Source of the DNA: the human T2T-CHM13v2.0 reference genome, Homo sapiens
Reading direction: 5' to 3' (one strand)
Length of the DNA: 64,000 nt
NCBI RefSeq assembly: GCF_009914755.1
Contig: NC_060926.1
Below the pieces are notes generated by a model that did not search any database, was not told the origin of the DNA, and saw only the letters and a program-made list of their open reading frames with translations. Made by a program: the position numbers and the translations under genes. This document shows, piece after piece, positions 27,426 through 41,400 of the stretch (positions within the stretch are counted from its first letter, which is position 1; every line of letters begins with the position of its first letter).

Positions 27426-28189
27426 CACAATGACTTTTACACATGTTGTTAAATCATCTTACAGATTTTATAATTTGGGGGAAGAACAGTTTTACTAAAT
27501 GGTCTTTTAATGGAAACTCTACAAGAACCAGAATCTTTGCTTTGTTCACTTATGTATCCATTCCTAGGCCTAGAAAAATGTCTGACACATAGCGGCAATT
27601 ATTCATTGAATAAATGGACCCAGCGATAGTACATTAGCTATGCTATATGCATACATTAAAGATGTAGATTATTGACTTTCAAAAGATAATTAATGTAACT
27701 TCTTACTGCTGAATATGTTTGTGAGTTATATTGCTGAGGGACCTTTATCTTCTCATTCTTTCATCTTAACCCAGTGTTATAAAATTGAAATCACCAATAT
27801 TATTCCATATCTAAAATTAATATCTACCTTGTAAAAAATATCACCCTGCTGCATTTGACAATAGACTTTTTAGGTAATAATGATGCAATCCATAGGGTTT
27901 TTTGGGGGCACAGAGGGATTCATGCTAACAGAACATTTTATTTTCTATTTTCCCAGAGCTGTAAAACATGAAATTGGGGTAGTATAAGGCATATTTTTAC
28001 TCTTTTTATAATTTTTTCTAAAAAAAATTAGTGTTTGTTCCCTATATAACTTTTAACTTTATAGGTAAATATTTGTCTCTTTCAGCTCCAGTTTTATGTG
28101 AAATAGAGTTTTCAGATTTATGTAGCATGGAAAGTTTTAATATGTCAGAGTTACTGATTTTTGCCATTTTCTCAATTATTTCTTTTTTA

Positions 28190-29090
28190 TCTTTAGTTGA
28201 TTTTTTTGTAGTGACACATTTTGTTTCTAGTCTCATTTCCTTTTGTTTATATTCTATGTATATTTCGTTTTTGGTTACTATGAGAATTACATATAACATC
28301 CTAGAGTTATAACATTTTAATTTGAATTTATTTCAACTTAAGTTCAATCACATACCAGAATTCTACTGCTATACATATAGCTCTACTCTTTTTATGTTAT
28401 TGATGTAACAAATTATATCTTTATTCATTGTATACCAGCTAACAGATTTACAATTACATTTTATGCATTTGCCTTTTAAATTATGTAGAAAATAAAAAGC
28501 AGAGTTAGAAACCAAAATTACAATAGGACTGTTTTTATGTTTGTTTATGTATTTACCTTTACAGAGAGCTTTGTATATTCATACAGCTTGCTTATTTACT
28601 TATATAGTTATTGCCTAGAGTTCATTTATTTCAACCTGAAGGACTTAACACTTCTTGAATGGCAAATTCAGGGATAAATGGATTTTTTTTCAGTTTTAAA
28701 AAAAATCCGGAAATGTCTTAATTTCTCCCTCATTTTTGAAGGATAAGTTTTCCAGCTATAGATTTCTCAATTGACAGGTTTCTTCATTATTTTAAATATA
28801 TAATCCACTGCCTACTGGCCTTCAAGGTTTCTGCCGAGAAATCAGCTGCTAATGTTTTCTGGATCCCTATCTGTGAGAGTTGCTCTTCTCTCTGAGTTTT
28901 CAACATTCTCCCATTATCTTTTGTTTGTTTTTGAGACAAATAATTGTACATATTCATGGGATACAGAGTGATATTTTGATACATGTATACAATGTCCAAT
29001 GATCAAATAAGGATAATTAGCATATCCATCACCTCAAATATTTGTCATTTATTTGTATTGTGAACAGTCAGCATTCTTTCTTCTAGTTTT
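28190..29090 (-). mobile_element. Old L1M fragments
   Basis: Minus-strand ORF 28787-28999 contains ADFSAETLKASRQW (L1 ORF1p-like); L1MA 3'-end motif near 28940-29085. Confidence 0.7.
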
Positions 29091-29811
29091 TAAATTTATA
29101 AACATTTAAATTTTATTACAGAAATTTAAATTTTTTGATTCTGAAAAAGTCATATATGTATGCAACATCGTTTTATCATTTATTTATATATTTATGCATC
29201 TTTCCTTTTAGTTTTGACAGATATTTTCTATTTTATCATTATTTCAAAAGAACTCTTACCTGTATTTATTTATCAATTATATTTCCCTTGTTTTTTCCTA
29301 GTATATTAATTTATTTACTTATCTTCTAAAAATCCTCCATATAATCTGTTTATTTTGTTTCCTTTCTATAATTTCTTCAATGATTAGTTCTGTTCTGTTT
29401 TCCATTAAAATATTTAAATCTCGTATGAATTTTTGTCAGATTAGAAATTTAGGGCATTTCTTAATTTCTCTATATTCTAGCTTTTGACTTTTTTTTTTCT
29501 GACCTAAGAGGTATTTAGAGCACATTTTAGATTTTTTATTTTGACTAATCATTTAAAATGTATACTAATCTTCAATTTAAATAAAAAACTGGTCTATAGT
29601 GACAAAAATTACAAATGAGCCTAACTAATAAATTATCAGTTGTGTTTATATGTATAGGCATGCACAGATTTTGGTAAATATGTACATAGTATATTGGTGA
29701 GCTTATTTTTGTCGTTCTTAACTCATTGTGTAGTCTAAACGTTGGGGAAAAAATAAAATACAATAATCAGATGGTGTGAGTAAGAAAATTGTTCTGATGT
29801 TTGTAAACCAA

Positions 29812-29979
29812 GCAACGGTTTTAACTGCTCCCCTCTTCCCGATTGACTTCTAAAAGGGATTGATCCATATTGGGTCCTGTCGTATATGTCACGGTGCAAC
29901 TGTTTTAACTGCTCCCCTCTTCCCGATTGACTTCTAAAAGGGATTAATCCATATTGGGTCCTATCATATATGTCACGGT
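29812..29979. repeat. 84-bp tandem duplication (2 copies)
   Basis: 29812-29895 vs 29896-29979 near-identical; 28-aa repeat in the minus-strand ORF. Confidence 0.95.
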
Positions 29980-30374
29980 ATAACATCTCCAGCTATAAAA
30001 TGGAAATTTGAGAATAACTTTGCTGCTACTCAGATACATTTTATTTCAAAAACATACACTAAGGTGTTGCTGTTGGATCTTTCCAAAAACATATTCACAC
30101 AGAACTTTCAATCACACTGAGCCATATTTGAACAATCTTTCAAGGTCAGCTCTGGCATAAGCATAAGCTAACATTATACCATTTAACTCAGAAATTTCTT
30201 TAGTATTTGATTAATGGGTTTATGTTTGATATGTAATGTAATTTTCTAATGCTAAATCAAGTGGTAATTTTGTTAGTCAAGTTGATTTAGTGGCTTGGGA
30301 AGAAAGCTTTTAATGTTCCCCTAATTTTTCTTACCTTTGACATGATCCTTCACATGTCTTATTTGCTTAGTGAT

Positions 30375-30675
30375 TTTTCTTTTTTTTTTTTTTTTTTGAG
30401 ACAGGGTCTTACTCTACCACCCAGGCTTGAGTGCAGTGGTGCGATCACAGCTCATTGCAGCCTTGACCTCCCAGACTCAAGCTATTCTTCCACCTCAGCC
30501 TCCCAAGTAGCTGGTACTACAGGCACATGCCACCAAACTTGGCTAATTTTTGTATTTTTTGTAGAGACAGAGTTTTGCCAAATTCTCAGGCTGGTCTGGA
30601 ATTTCTGGGCTCAAGTAATCCTGCCTTGGCCTCCCAACATGCTGATATTACAGACATAAGCCACAGTACCCGGCC
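30375..30675 (-). mobile_element. AluJ
   Basis: gagacagggtcttactct...gcgatcacagctcattgcagccttgacc (J-type). Confidence 0.88.
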
Positions 30676-31750
30676 AGTTTTCTTTTTTAAAAAATCTATT
30701 GGTTATTAATTTGAAGCCTTCCTTTTCATAGCTGTGCTCCTTAATTGGGAGCAAACATGAATGGACCACAACTTAGCCAATTTTCTATATACGATCTTTG
30801 CCATCCTAATTTAAAGGAATATTAATTCTTTCTTTTCCTCTTTCATTCCACAAACCTGTATTGACTACATCTAAGTTCTAAATGGTGCACTGGATGTTGA
30901 AAAAGTCGATGATGAGCAAGAACAAAATTCCTGCTTTCAGGAGACTTACAGTTCAATATGGGAAATATAATTTGTTAAAATATAAAAGTGCAATTGTGTT
31001 ACATGCTGTACGAAGTACATGTTGACATGTGAGTATATAATAAATGGGCTGGAGGCCAGAGGATTGCCAAAGAGAATGGGCCTCCTGCTGAGATGAAAAG
31101 TTGAGCAGGGATTAGTTGGCGAAAGTGGAGGGACGACTCTTTCTAGGCAGGAGGAAGAACATGTACAGAATCTCTGAGGTGTGATGCGACAAAGTCTATA
31201 TAAAAAACTGAAGAAAGGTCTAATGTGGCTTAAATACAGAAGCTAGTAGGAGAGGAGTTGAAAGGAGGCTGGAGAAGTAGAAAGTGTCTGCATTCTGCAG
31301 GAACTTATATTGTATAAAAAGAATTTCTCTTTATTCTAAGTGCAATGTGAAGCCAATGAAGTGCCTTAAACAGGTGATGTGATTTGATTGAATTTATTAC
31401 TTCACTTAACAAATATTCATTACATGCCCACTGTTTGTCAGATATTGCTGTAGCCCCTGGTGATACAGTAGGGAATAAAACAGGCAAAAATCCCTGTCCT
31501 CTTGCAGCTTATAATGGACTGCAATGTTTAATATGTCAGAGGAGGTCCACGGAGGAGTGACTTCTAAGCAAGAATCTGAAAAAAATGAGGCTATCTAAGG
31601 AGGGAACAAATGGTTCAAAAGCCCTATAATTGCAAGCAGGCATGATGAAGCAATTGCAGTTGTCCTGACTCTCAACACCGTGGAACTCAAAGGAGATGGA
31701 AAGATTCTTTCTCTCCCTCATATATTTTCTCTCTTTCTGTCTATATATAT

Positions 31751-31875
31751 AGAATATGAGACATTTCCCTAATCATTATGTGTAATTACAATTACATATA
31801 TATATGTATGTAATATATAAACATATATATGTAATTGTAATTACACATAATGATTAGGGAAATGTCTCATATTCT
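31751..31875. repeat. Perfect inverted repeat, 53-bp arms, 19-nt spacer
   Basis: 31751-31803 is the exact reverse complement of 31823-31875. Confidence 0.95.
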
Positions 31876-33683
31876 TCTACTCAGAAATAAGCAATATAGC
31901 AATTACTGTTTTTTACATTTTACAGTTACAGTTTCAGAGAAAGTTTGATATTTATCTAAAATTTTTCAATGTATGAACTTTTTCATTTGGCAAACCATAA
32001 TTGTACATATTCTTGGGATACAGAGTGATATTTCTTTACATGTATAGAATGTGTAGTGATCAAATCAGGGTAATTTCCACTAATTTAAAATGCCACCTTT
32101 ATGTTATTGTAATTTATATATATACTATATATATATACACACACACATATATATATACATGTCCACATACAGTGTGTGTGTGCACATGTACACACATGCA
32201 TATGTGTATGTAATGCCCAGTATAAGCAATGTGCACAAATAAAATTAGCTAACAGAGATAGTATAGAGTGAGAGGAGAGGCAGATTAATCTTTGAGGAAA
32301 AGCACAATTTTATGGCTGAATGGAGAAAGCTGAGGTGGTTTCTAAGATGGAGAATAAGACAAAAAATGTAAGTACGTTGTTTGACTGAATTCAAGAAAGA
32401 AGGGTAAAAGAGAAGAAAGTAGTGGTCTTATCATTAAATGCCACAGAGAGGTAAAGATAAAAACAACATATTGTTTTGGGTTTAGTAATTTAAGGGTTAC
32501 CAAATTCCGTTTTGGAGGAGGAACAGATTCCATGTCCACTAGAATGGAATGAACGAGAAATGGAGGAGGAAAATAGGTAGTTTTTCAAAAGTTTTCAAAA
32601 ATATGAAAAGAAGAAATGAAATGGTACTTGGAAGAGATTGTTGAAATGGGAGAGACTATGGTGGCTTGTTTAGAAGCAGTTGAGATAGATCCAATTGAGA
32701 TAGAGATATTGACTATATAAACAAAAGAATGACAAATTAATAGTGTAATGGATAACTTGACTTTGGCAAATATTGTGAATTTTTGTGAAAGTACAACTAA
32801 AAGGCAATGTCACTCCAATAATCACCAGAATAATCAATTTGCTTATTGCTGTCCCTTTAAATATAGTTCTCTGGTATCAACTAACATGTTTTTAACTAAT
32901 GATGCTTCTTAAAGAAAAGGGAAAAGACCTTTTTCTTTCTTTCAGTCTTCAATGATTCACTGCTTCATCTCGCTCCACCAAAGATAAATGAAATCTACAT
33001 CTCTTATACATTAACAATGCATGACAATTTATAAATAGCTAAATTTTTGGAGCTAACTTTAAGTACCTGAATGGAATTTAATCAACCCACTAATCTTCTC
33101 ACTTCTCAGTTATTTATCAAGTTTATGTCAAGGGACAAGGAAAAGTTATCCAAATATTGTTTAAAACAATCATCATTAATTAGTAACACTTATCCAGGGG
33201 GGTTTTTAACCTTTCCCCCACTCAAGGATTATTCTAACGTCAGAGTAGAATAAAAAATAAGTGCAGCGATGCTGACTCTTCCAAGCTTAACATTTCTCAC
33301 AAGTCAATTAGCTTTGTACTGGGAGGAGGGCGTGAAGGGCTGCTTGCGGTAGTTGTGTAGCAGCAGCACAATGGCCGCAGACAAGGAAAACAGTTTCTAG
33401 GAATTCCTCGTATATAATTTTATATTTTTGACAAGATTAATGACCCATGCTCCCTTCCTCTCCATTTCTTTTTTTGGAATTCTGTTGGTATGTAGTTACT
33501 ATATTTTATTAAAGGAAATTAGCCTTATCTCTTATTATATTTTATTAAAGAAAATTATTATATTATTCCTTTATATTCTTATTAAAGGATTTTATTATTA
33601 TTATTATTAAAGGAAATTAGCCTTATCTCTTATTATATTTTTTATGACCTTCAAAGTAGTGTCTCTGCTTAAAAGTGTACCCT

Positions 33684-33977
33684 GGCCGGGCGTGGTGGCT
33701 CACACCTGTAATTCCAGCACTTTGGGAGGCCGAGGCGGGTGGATCACGAGGTCAGGAGATCGAGACCATCCTGGCTAACACGGTGAAACCCCGTCTGTAC
33801 TAAAAATACAAAAAATTAGCAGGGCATAGTGGCGGGCGCCTGTAGTCCCAGCTACTCAGGAGGCTCAGGCAGGAGAATGGCGTGAACCCGGGAGACGGAG
33901 CTTGCGGTGAGCTGAGATCGCACCGCTGCACTCCAGCCTGGGCGACAGAGCAGGACTCCGTCTCAAAAAAAAAAAAA
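33684..33977 (+). mobile_element. AluY
   Basis: gagatcgagaccatcctggctaacacggtg and gaatggcgtgaacccggg; TSD AAAAGTGTACCCT. Confidence 0.95.
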
Positions 33978-34114
33978 AAAAGTGTACCCTGAAGCACACA
34001 TCAAGCGACATGTAGAGTTCATAAATTCTGGCCAAATGGTCATACCTCAAACCTCATCAGCACTAAGGCTCTTTACTTGCACTGACAAATATGAACGCTG
34101 GGGAATTTGGAAAT

Positions 34115-34496
34115 GATATATAATATATAATATTATATATATAATAGATATATAATATATAATATATATAATATTATATATATAATAGATATATGTAATA
34201 GATATACAATATATATTATATATAATAGATATATATTATATATAATAGATATATAATATTATATATAATAGATATATAATATTATATATATAATAGATAT
34301 ATAATATTATATATATAATAGATATATAATATTATATATATAATAGATATATAATATTATATATATAATAGATATATAATATTATATATATAATAGATAT
34401 ATAATATATATAATAGATATATAATATATATATAATAGATATATAATATTATATATATAATAGATATATAATATTATATATATAATAGATATATAA
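34115..34496. repeat. AT-rich minisatellite, main unit 25 bp GATATATAATATTATATATATAATA
   Basis: Exact units at 34271, 34296, 34321, 34346, 34371 with shorter variants flanking. Confidence 0.95.
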
Positions 34497-34531
34497 CTTT
34501 CCATGTGATTTTCCTCTTAATTTTTTTCTAG

Positions 34532-34689
34532 CTGATCCATATGAATTCCTCTTATTAAGAAAAATAAAGCATCCAGGATTCAATGAAGAACTGACTATCA
34601 CCTTGTTAATCATTCAGAAACATGTTGCAGACTTAAGCCATTTTTGATATAGATACTGAAACAATTACTTGCTAAGAGCAAACTTGAAG
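34532..34689 (+). ncRNA. Putative internal exon (158 bp) of SEPT14P-linked lncRNA family
   Basis: tttttttctag|CTGATCC...CTTGAAG|gtatgg; size and spacing fit exons recalled for paralogous subtelomeric lncRNAs. Confidence 0.7.
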
Positions 34690-35519
34690 GTATGGATAAG
34701 GCCCTGAGTCATCTTCCTGAGCTGAATGATAGTTAAGCTGAATGTACGTATAAAATACGATTTTCTAACCACTTACTCACCAACAAGGAAAACTTTTAAG
34801 TAGAGCAGAACCTGAATAGACAAGACATTTCTTTCTTTTGGTAGAAAATGATTTACCATCACTGTCTAGTTAATTGTAGACTAGGTAATTTTAACTTTGT
34901 GATTTATTGCCGGAGACATTTTCTTCTGTACTGTAAAGTGTGTGTCAAAAAAAAATAGCGATTTTGGAGGATTAGGGGAGTTTGATAAATTGCCTGCAAT
35001 TCTGGCAGTATGAACTGCATATTAATTTCTCTCTTTCAAGAACATTTTTATTTATTAATTCCTTACAAAAACTCCCTAAACTTTGGAACAGCTCTCAATT
35101 GCCTGTATTCTTTTTTTTCTTATTATGGTACTCTTCTAGAGATTTGGCTTGCATCTATGAATTAAGCCAGGACATCTTCAGAAATTGTCTGATTAAAAAC
35201 ACCACCAATGGAGTTTCATTTAATTTGTATTGCTCTGACTAGTGAAACACACACATCTATGTTGCTGAGGATATTTTACTGCAGTTTGAGTTGTAATAAT
35301 AGCTCTGTTTAAGATCCGTCAGTCACTTGAATCTTCTCTAAGGCTTTGTATGTTAGAAGTTAATTTGCTTTCTTACAAGGCCACATTCTATCTTGTAACT
35401 AAACAACTGAATTTTATGTCTTAGCGTAGATGGTTTATTACTTTCTGGTTTTTCTTTAGTAAGAATCCTATAAAAACACTAGTATTTTTCTCTGAGTTTA
35501 AAATTCAACACATGCCTAC

Positions 35520-35900
35520 TGATATGGTTAGGCTTTGTATCCCCACCTGAATCTCATCTTGAATTGTAATCCCCATAGCCCTCATAATCCCCACAGGTCA
35601 AGGGAGAGACCAGGTGGAGGTAATTGAATCATGGGGGCAGTTTCCCCTGTGCTGTTCTTGTGATAGTGAGTGCTCACGAGATTTGATGGTTTTATAAGGG
35701 ATTCTTTCCCCTTTGCTCGGCACTTCTTCATGCTGCCTTGCGAAGAAGCTGGCTTGCTTCCTCTTTGTCTTCCGCCATGATTGTAGATTTCCTGAGGCCT
35801 TCCAAGCTGTGCTGAACTGTGAGCCAATTAAACTTCTTTCCTTTATAAATTACCCAGTCTTGGGCAGTTCTTTATAGCAGTATGAAAACAGACAAATACA
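35520..35900 (+). mobile_element. Solo THE1 (THE1D-like) MaLR LTR
   Basis: TGATATGGTT...AAATACA with 5-bp TSD CCTAC on both sides. Confidence 0.92.
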
Positions 35901-36199
35901 CCTACTATGTAAAACTTAAAATACAACAAAACAAAACAATATCTCACTAACATAGGAGCTAATATTTTGGTGTACTTTGTTTAGTATTTTATATTAAAAA
36001 TATGTACATATATATTTATATATAATTAAGAACATGTATGTACAATCGTGCATACATCATGTACATACATCTACTTAAGAAAATAGCTATGTAATATACC
36101 ATTACTCAACTAGATTATAATTTTTTCTCCATTTTTTATTGTAATTTATCATTTTCTACTTTTTTGTTTTCTCATTTATTGCATAATATTTAATTATGC

Positions 36200-38430
36200 A
36201 AAAAATACATTAAATACATTGAAAATATATAGTGTAGCTATAAGAATAAAGAACGATGGTAAAACAAATGCTAATACCCACTACCTGACTTAAAGAATAT
36301 GATACTATTTTTTTCCAATTGAAATCCCCTCAACTACTCAGAATTACTGCTATCCCTTTTATCCTTTCATTAATTTTCTTCTAGTTTTCTCACATGTGAA
36401 TCTATTTCTAAATACATTTCTTTATTTTGCAAGTTTTTGGACTTCATATAAATGTAACCATATTGTATATATTCTTCTTCAGCTTCTTACTTTTTCACTA
36501 AACAATATGTTTTGCTGATACTTACATTCATATGTACAGTAATAGTTGATTTATTTTAATGGCTATATATTATTCCATTGTTAGAATACACCAGGATTTA
36601 TTTTTACTTATTTTTTTTGCTGGAAAATTGGGTGTCTTTTTTATTTTTTGATATAACAAACAATGTTGTAATCATTTTGTATTTACTTCCTAGTCCACTC
36701 CTGTAAGTTTCTCTTGAGTACATACTAGCAATGAAGATGCTGAGTCACTGCATATACATACTCACAAGTTTATTCTATAATGTAATATTCTATAAAGTAG
36801 CTGTATCAGTTTATACTTTAACCAGTAATGGACAAGATTTTATGTTACTTCCCATCTTTGTTAATTATTACTTTTAGACTCTAACTTTTATCAGGCTCAT
36901 GGATGTAAAAAGTATCTCAGGGTGGTTTTAATTTGCATTTATCTGCTCATCTATGAAGATGAGCTTCTTTTCATATAATTATGAGTCATTATTTTTGTTT
37001 TGCCTTCTTTTGTTTATGCATTTTGCTTGTTCTATGTCTTATTTTTCCTGTTGATTTTTGGGAGTTCATATATATTCTAAATGTATATTTATTCACTCAT
37101 ATGTATGTTGCAAATATTACAGTTTATGATTTGTCACCTTATGATATCATCCAAATAGAGAAGCTTTATATTTTGATGTAGTCATATGTTCATTTTTCCT
37201 CCTTAATGTTTGTTTTTCTTGGTTCTATGACCTACCAAATGTAACAAAAATTCTCATTTATTTTTAATCTAAATGTTTTAAGTATTTTCCTGGAATTCAC
37301 CTTGAATTGATTTCTATTGGAGATAGATATCCAATCTAATTTGCCTCATATGGATAACCACTTGTTCTATTACTGCTGTAACAAATTTCTACAAACTAAG
37401 TGACCTAAAATAACACAAACTTGTCATCTTACACTGTACACAAGTCAGAAATCAGGCATGAATTTTAGTGAACTAAAATCAAGTTGTCGACAGGCATGTT
37501 TCTTTATGGCGGCTAGGGTAGAATCCATATCCTGGCCTTTTCTATCTTCTAGAGAACATCAGCATTCCTTTTCTCATTGCCTCTCCTCTCTCTTTTTAAA
37601 GCTGGCAATGTCACATTTCTCTGACCATTCTTTCATTGTCACATCTCTCTCTGGACTCAGCTAAGAAAGGTTCTCCATTTTTAAGAACTCATGTGATTAG
37701 ACTGGGCCCATCTGGATAACCCAGGAAGTTCTCTCCATCTCGGTTTGCATCCTTAATCACATCTGATAAGCCTTTATTGCATTCAGTGTAACATATTCAC
37801 AGGTTCCAGGGTTAGGCATGGGCATCTTTGAGGGCCATTATTCTCCCTACCACATTATTTGCCTAGCATCTTTCATTACATTGTCCATCTATTTACTTAC
37901 TGATTTCTAATGACATCCAAATCAGTTACAACATTTTATGTAAGCATTGTTTTTATTTTTATGTTATTCCACTAGTCTGTTTTTCTACTCATGAATTATG
38001 GTACATGAGTTTATTTTTGCAACTTTAAGCTCAATAACATGTTTTAAGATTTCCTCAACTTTCTTTTTCCACTTCTTCAGAAGTTGACTCTTTTGGCCCT
38101 TTGGTCTTCTATACACATTTTAGAAATGCTTTGTTGAGGACTAAGAGGAATGCTAAGATTTTGATAGGAATTTCATTGAATTTTGAGTATATTGGCATGC
38201 TACAATGGTTAGTGTTTTATACATGAAAATAATATATCCCTTCCTCTTTTCCTAGTATCATGAGATGTTTGTTAGGCAGACATGAATATTGAGTTGTATC
38301 AAATGTGTTTTTCTGCATTATTGTGGTGGTGATGTGATTTAGCTCCTTTAATTAGTTAATGTAATGAATTACATTTGTAGATTGCTCTAACTATTGAAAC
38401 AAGCTTGAATTTCTGGAATAAGCCCAATGT
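36200..38430 (-). mobile_element. Ancient L1ME fragments interrupted by an MLT1 LTR (~37365-37850)
   Basis: T-rich L1 motifs; MLT1 motifs gattagactgggcccatctggataaccc and taacatattcacaggttccaggg. Confidence 0.6.
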
Positions 38431-41400
38431 GATATTTATTCAACAAATATTCATTGAGTATACCTAGTATGTAACATGCTTTAAGAATACACCAGTGAAC
38501 CAAACAAATATCTGACATTACAGAACTTAACATTCCAGTATTTGGAGACAGACAATAAAAAAGTGAACATGTATATTTACAGTTTGTCAAGGAATGATAA
38601 ATGAAGACTCTTAAAGTAGATGGGGAATTGGGAGTGAAGTCTGTAATTTAAATAGGGTGGGCAGGAAAGCTTCACAGAGAGTGGGACATTTAAGAATAGA
38701 CTTGAAGGACAGGCAAGAGCAATCTCTATGTTTATATGGGAGAAAAGGTTCCAGGCAGATGCAGTAACAATGGCAAATATCCTGAAGTAGGATCATGCTG
38801 GAGTTTTTGTGGAGCAGCAAGGAGGCTAGTGTGACTGCCACAGAATCACCCAAGGGAAGATGAGAAGATCAGACCAGACCAGCACTTGGGCATCTAATGG
38901 GAAAAGTTTCTCAAGCCATCATAAAAATTTCACTTTTACTATAAATACTACGAGAAACCATGGGATGTTTTACAGTAAGAAAGGTGGCATAATATGTTAC
39001 ATGTTTTAAACAAACTCTATAGCTTCTGAGTTGAAATAGATTGTAGGGGCTCATGGCAGAAGCAGAGGGAACATTTAGGAGACTACTGTAAAGAATATCA
39101 TGAAAAGAACAAACAACGCTATGTAACATGCTTAAATGGACTGAAGAAGATGTATAAAATCAAAATGATGTTACCTTCACACCTTGAATCAGTACGATAA
39201 ACCCCCCTCCCCAGTCACAAAAGAAAAACTAAACACAAAAACCAGGCTTTGGTTGCTCAGACAATTTTACAGGTGAGTTCTAGCAAACATGCAAAGAACG
39301 TTTAATTGCACTGTTACAGAAATTCTTCTGGAGACAAGAAAATACGACACATCACCCAACCAATTTCATGATAACAGTGTCAATGTATAATAACAGAAAA
39401 AGTGGATCTCCAAAGAAATAAATTTATTTGGAAATAAACAAGTTTTATAATCTGAGATATTTGTGCTATGATCAATCATAGGTGCATCCCAAGAGGTTGA
39501 GGTAAGGAAAATATGTAAAGACAAAAAGAAGTCTATGCAAGCTGTTTTGAAACAAACATCACTGGTCACAGGGCCTGATGCAGGAGCTGGTGTTAACTTA
39601 CTGGCAGAAACAGCCATTGCTAGGCAAGTGTTCTTGTGAGGGTGGCTTATCTGAAATGCTGCAGTCTTGAGGAATTTTTTATGATAGGTCCTATTATAGA
39701 GACACCTACAGGATGAGCTGGACAAACAGAGTGTGCTGGGTGGGCAGAAATTTCTTGTGAGTTTATAGAAAGTCCTTGTGATAGTGCTTATCGTGGACAC
39801 ACACACAAGATCCCCTTTTTCATGACCCGGCTCCACTTTGCTTTGGGTCTGATGTAAGTGACTTTGCCTTGTCATTGGCAACTTTCACTGTAGTATAATC
39901 TGCACATTAAAGTTACCTAACAATAGTACAAAGAAAGAAAATTAAAGGTATATCTCTTTCAAAAATATAAACCCCAAAATTGTTAGGAAATTGTAGTGAG
40001 TATAAAAGATAATTCATTATAATAGACATCTCAAGCTTCACAGAATTCTGACCTTTGCTACACTCTCATCCACAATCTTTTCTCCTAGTAAATGGCAGCT
40101 CCTTCTGTTAAGTTGCTGAGGCTTCTTATTGCTTTTTTCTTCGAATAACAGTCAGAACTGAACAACTGTAATCATCCTAGTCCATACAATTGTTATATTT
40201 TCATTTAAAGAAGATCAATGTGTGATTCTTTTTTATATATTTCTGGACAATTCTTTATATTTTAATAGTAGTCAGAATTTGATCAGGAAAACAGAGGACA
40301 TCCTATGTATTATAATGATAAAAGTTTAATATTAATTAGGGCCTTATGCTATTATTGGAAGAGCTTGGTGAATAGATATTAGAAAAGCAGCTAGACAAAA
40401 TCAGAAGAGGTCTGTTTTATATCAGAGATCTTAGCCTGACAGTCTAGAGTGTGGGCACAGAACCCAAGCTTATAGGAATTTCTGAAAGGTCTGTAAATCT
40501 TATCCAGATGGACAGTGGGAGCTCATAAAGAATTCTGCAAGCCATCACATCTGTCAAACCTGCTATGTCTAATCCTTAAGCCTGCTTTATGTGAAGACCT
40601 CCTCTTCACTCCTCACTTCCAGCTCTCATGAGTTTCTTTCATAGGCAAACCCAAACCTGGAACAATGTGCCTGAAGACTTCGGGTGACACAGTACCCAGA
40701 CTTAAATAGGAGGGGAGCCATGGTGGAAGTGGCCATCCAGCACAATTTTCTTGGTCTTTACTCATAGTTTTGATTCCTTAAAAAAATTAACCACATTAAA
40801 ATATGTGTTTCATAATCTACATCTAATAATACAAATATTTAAAGTCTTTTCAAGTTTGAATACGCTACCCATGTTGCTGCTACCCCCATTTTGTGTGTGT
40901 GATTTTTGTGTGTGTGTGTTAGAAGCTCATGACCTTTGAAACCTGCTCTTATGAGCTTGCTTTGATGATTTATTTGTCCAGAGAGGATTTTTTTTCCTAC
41001 CTAGCATTTTGGACTGCTATCAACCTGAGACCACTTTGAATTAAATTCTCAGCTTGCAAATTTGGAAGCCACACAGATTGTGTGAGTTCAGGCTGAAACC
41101 TGTTTGAGAGCTGGATTCTGGCTATAAACTCCACAGGGAACATTTTCTCTCTCCACTCAGAGCTGAGACCATAGGGAAATTTATTTGCTAGCTCTCTTTG
41201 AAGGTTTATTTTATTTATTTTTTTAATTTCTAGTACACGTGCTCACTGAAGGTGTAATACTTATGTGAGAATCTCAGAATCAGTTGTGTTCTTTGTATGA
41301 CCCTGGTTTTGTTTCCTCCTGCTCTCTTACTTTCAGTGTGTCTCAGTATGTCTGCTCAATATGTCATCTTAAATTTCAACTGAGGGTGGATCTTCTTCCC

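Noticed and set aside
39366-39881. Longest ORF in the window (171 aa, - strand)
   Set aside because: No recognisable domain, non-ATG start, lies in old LTR-like sequence
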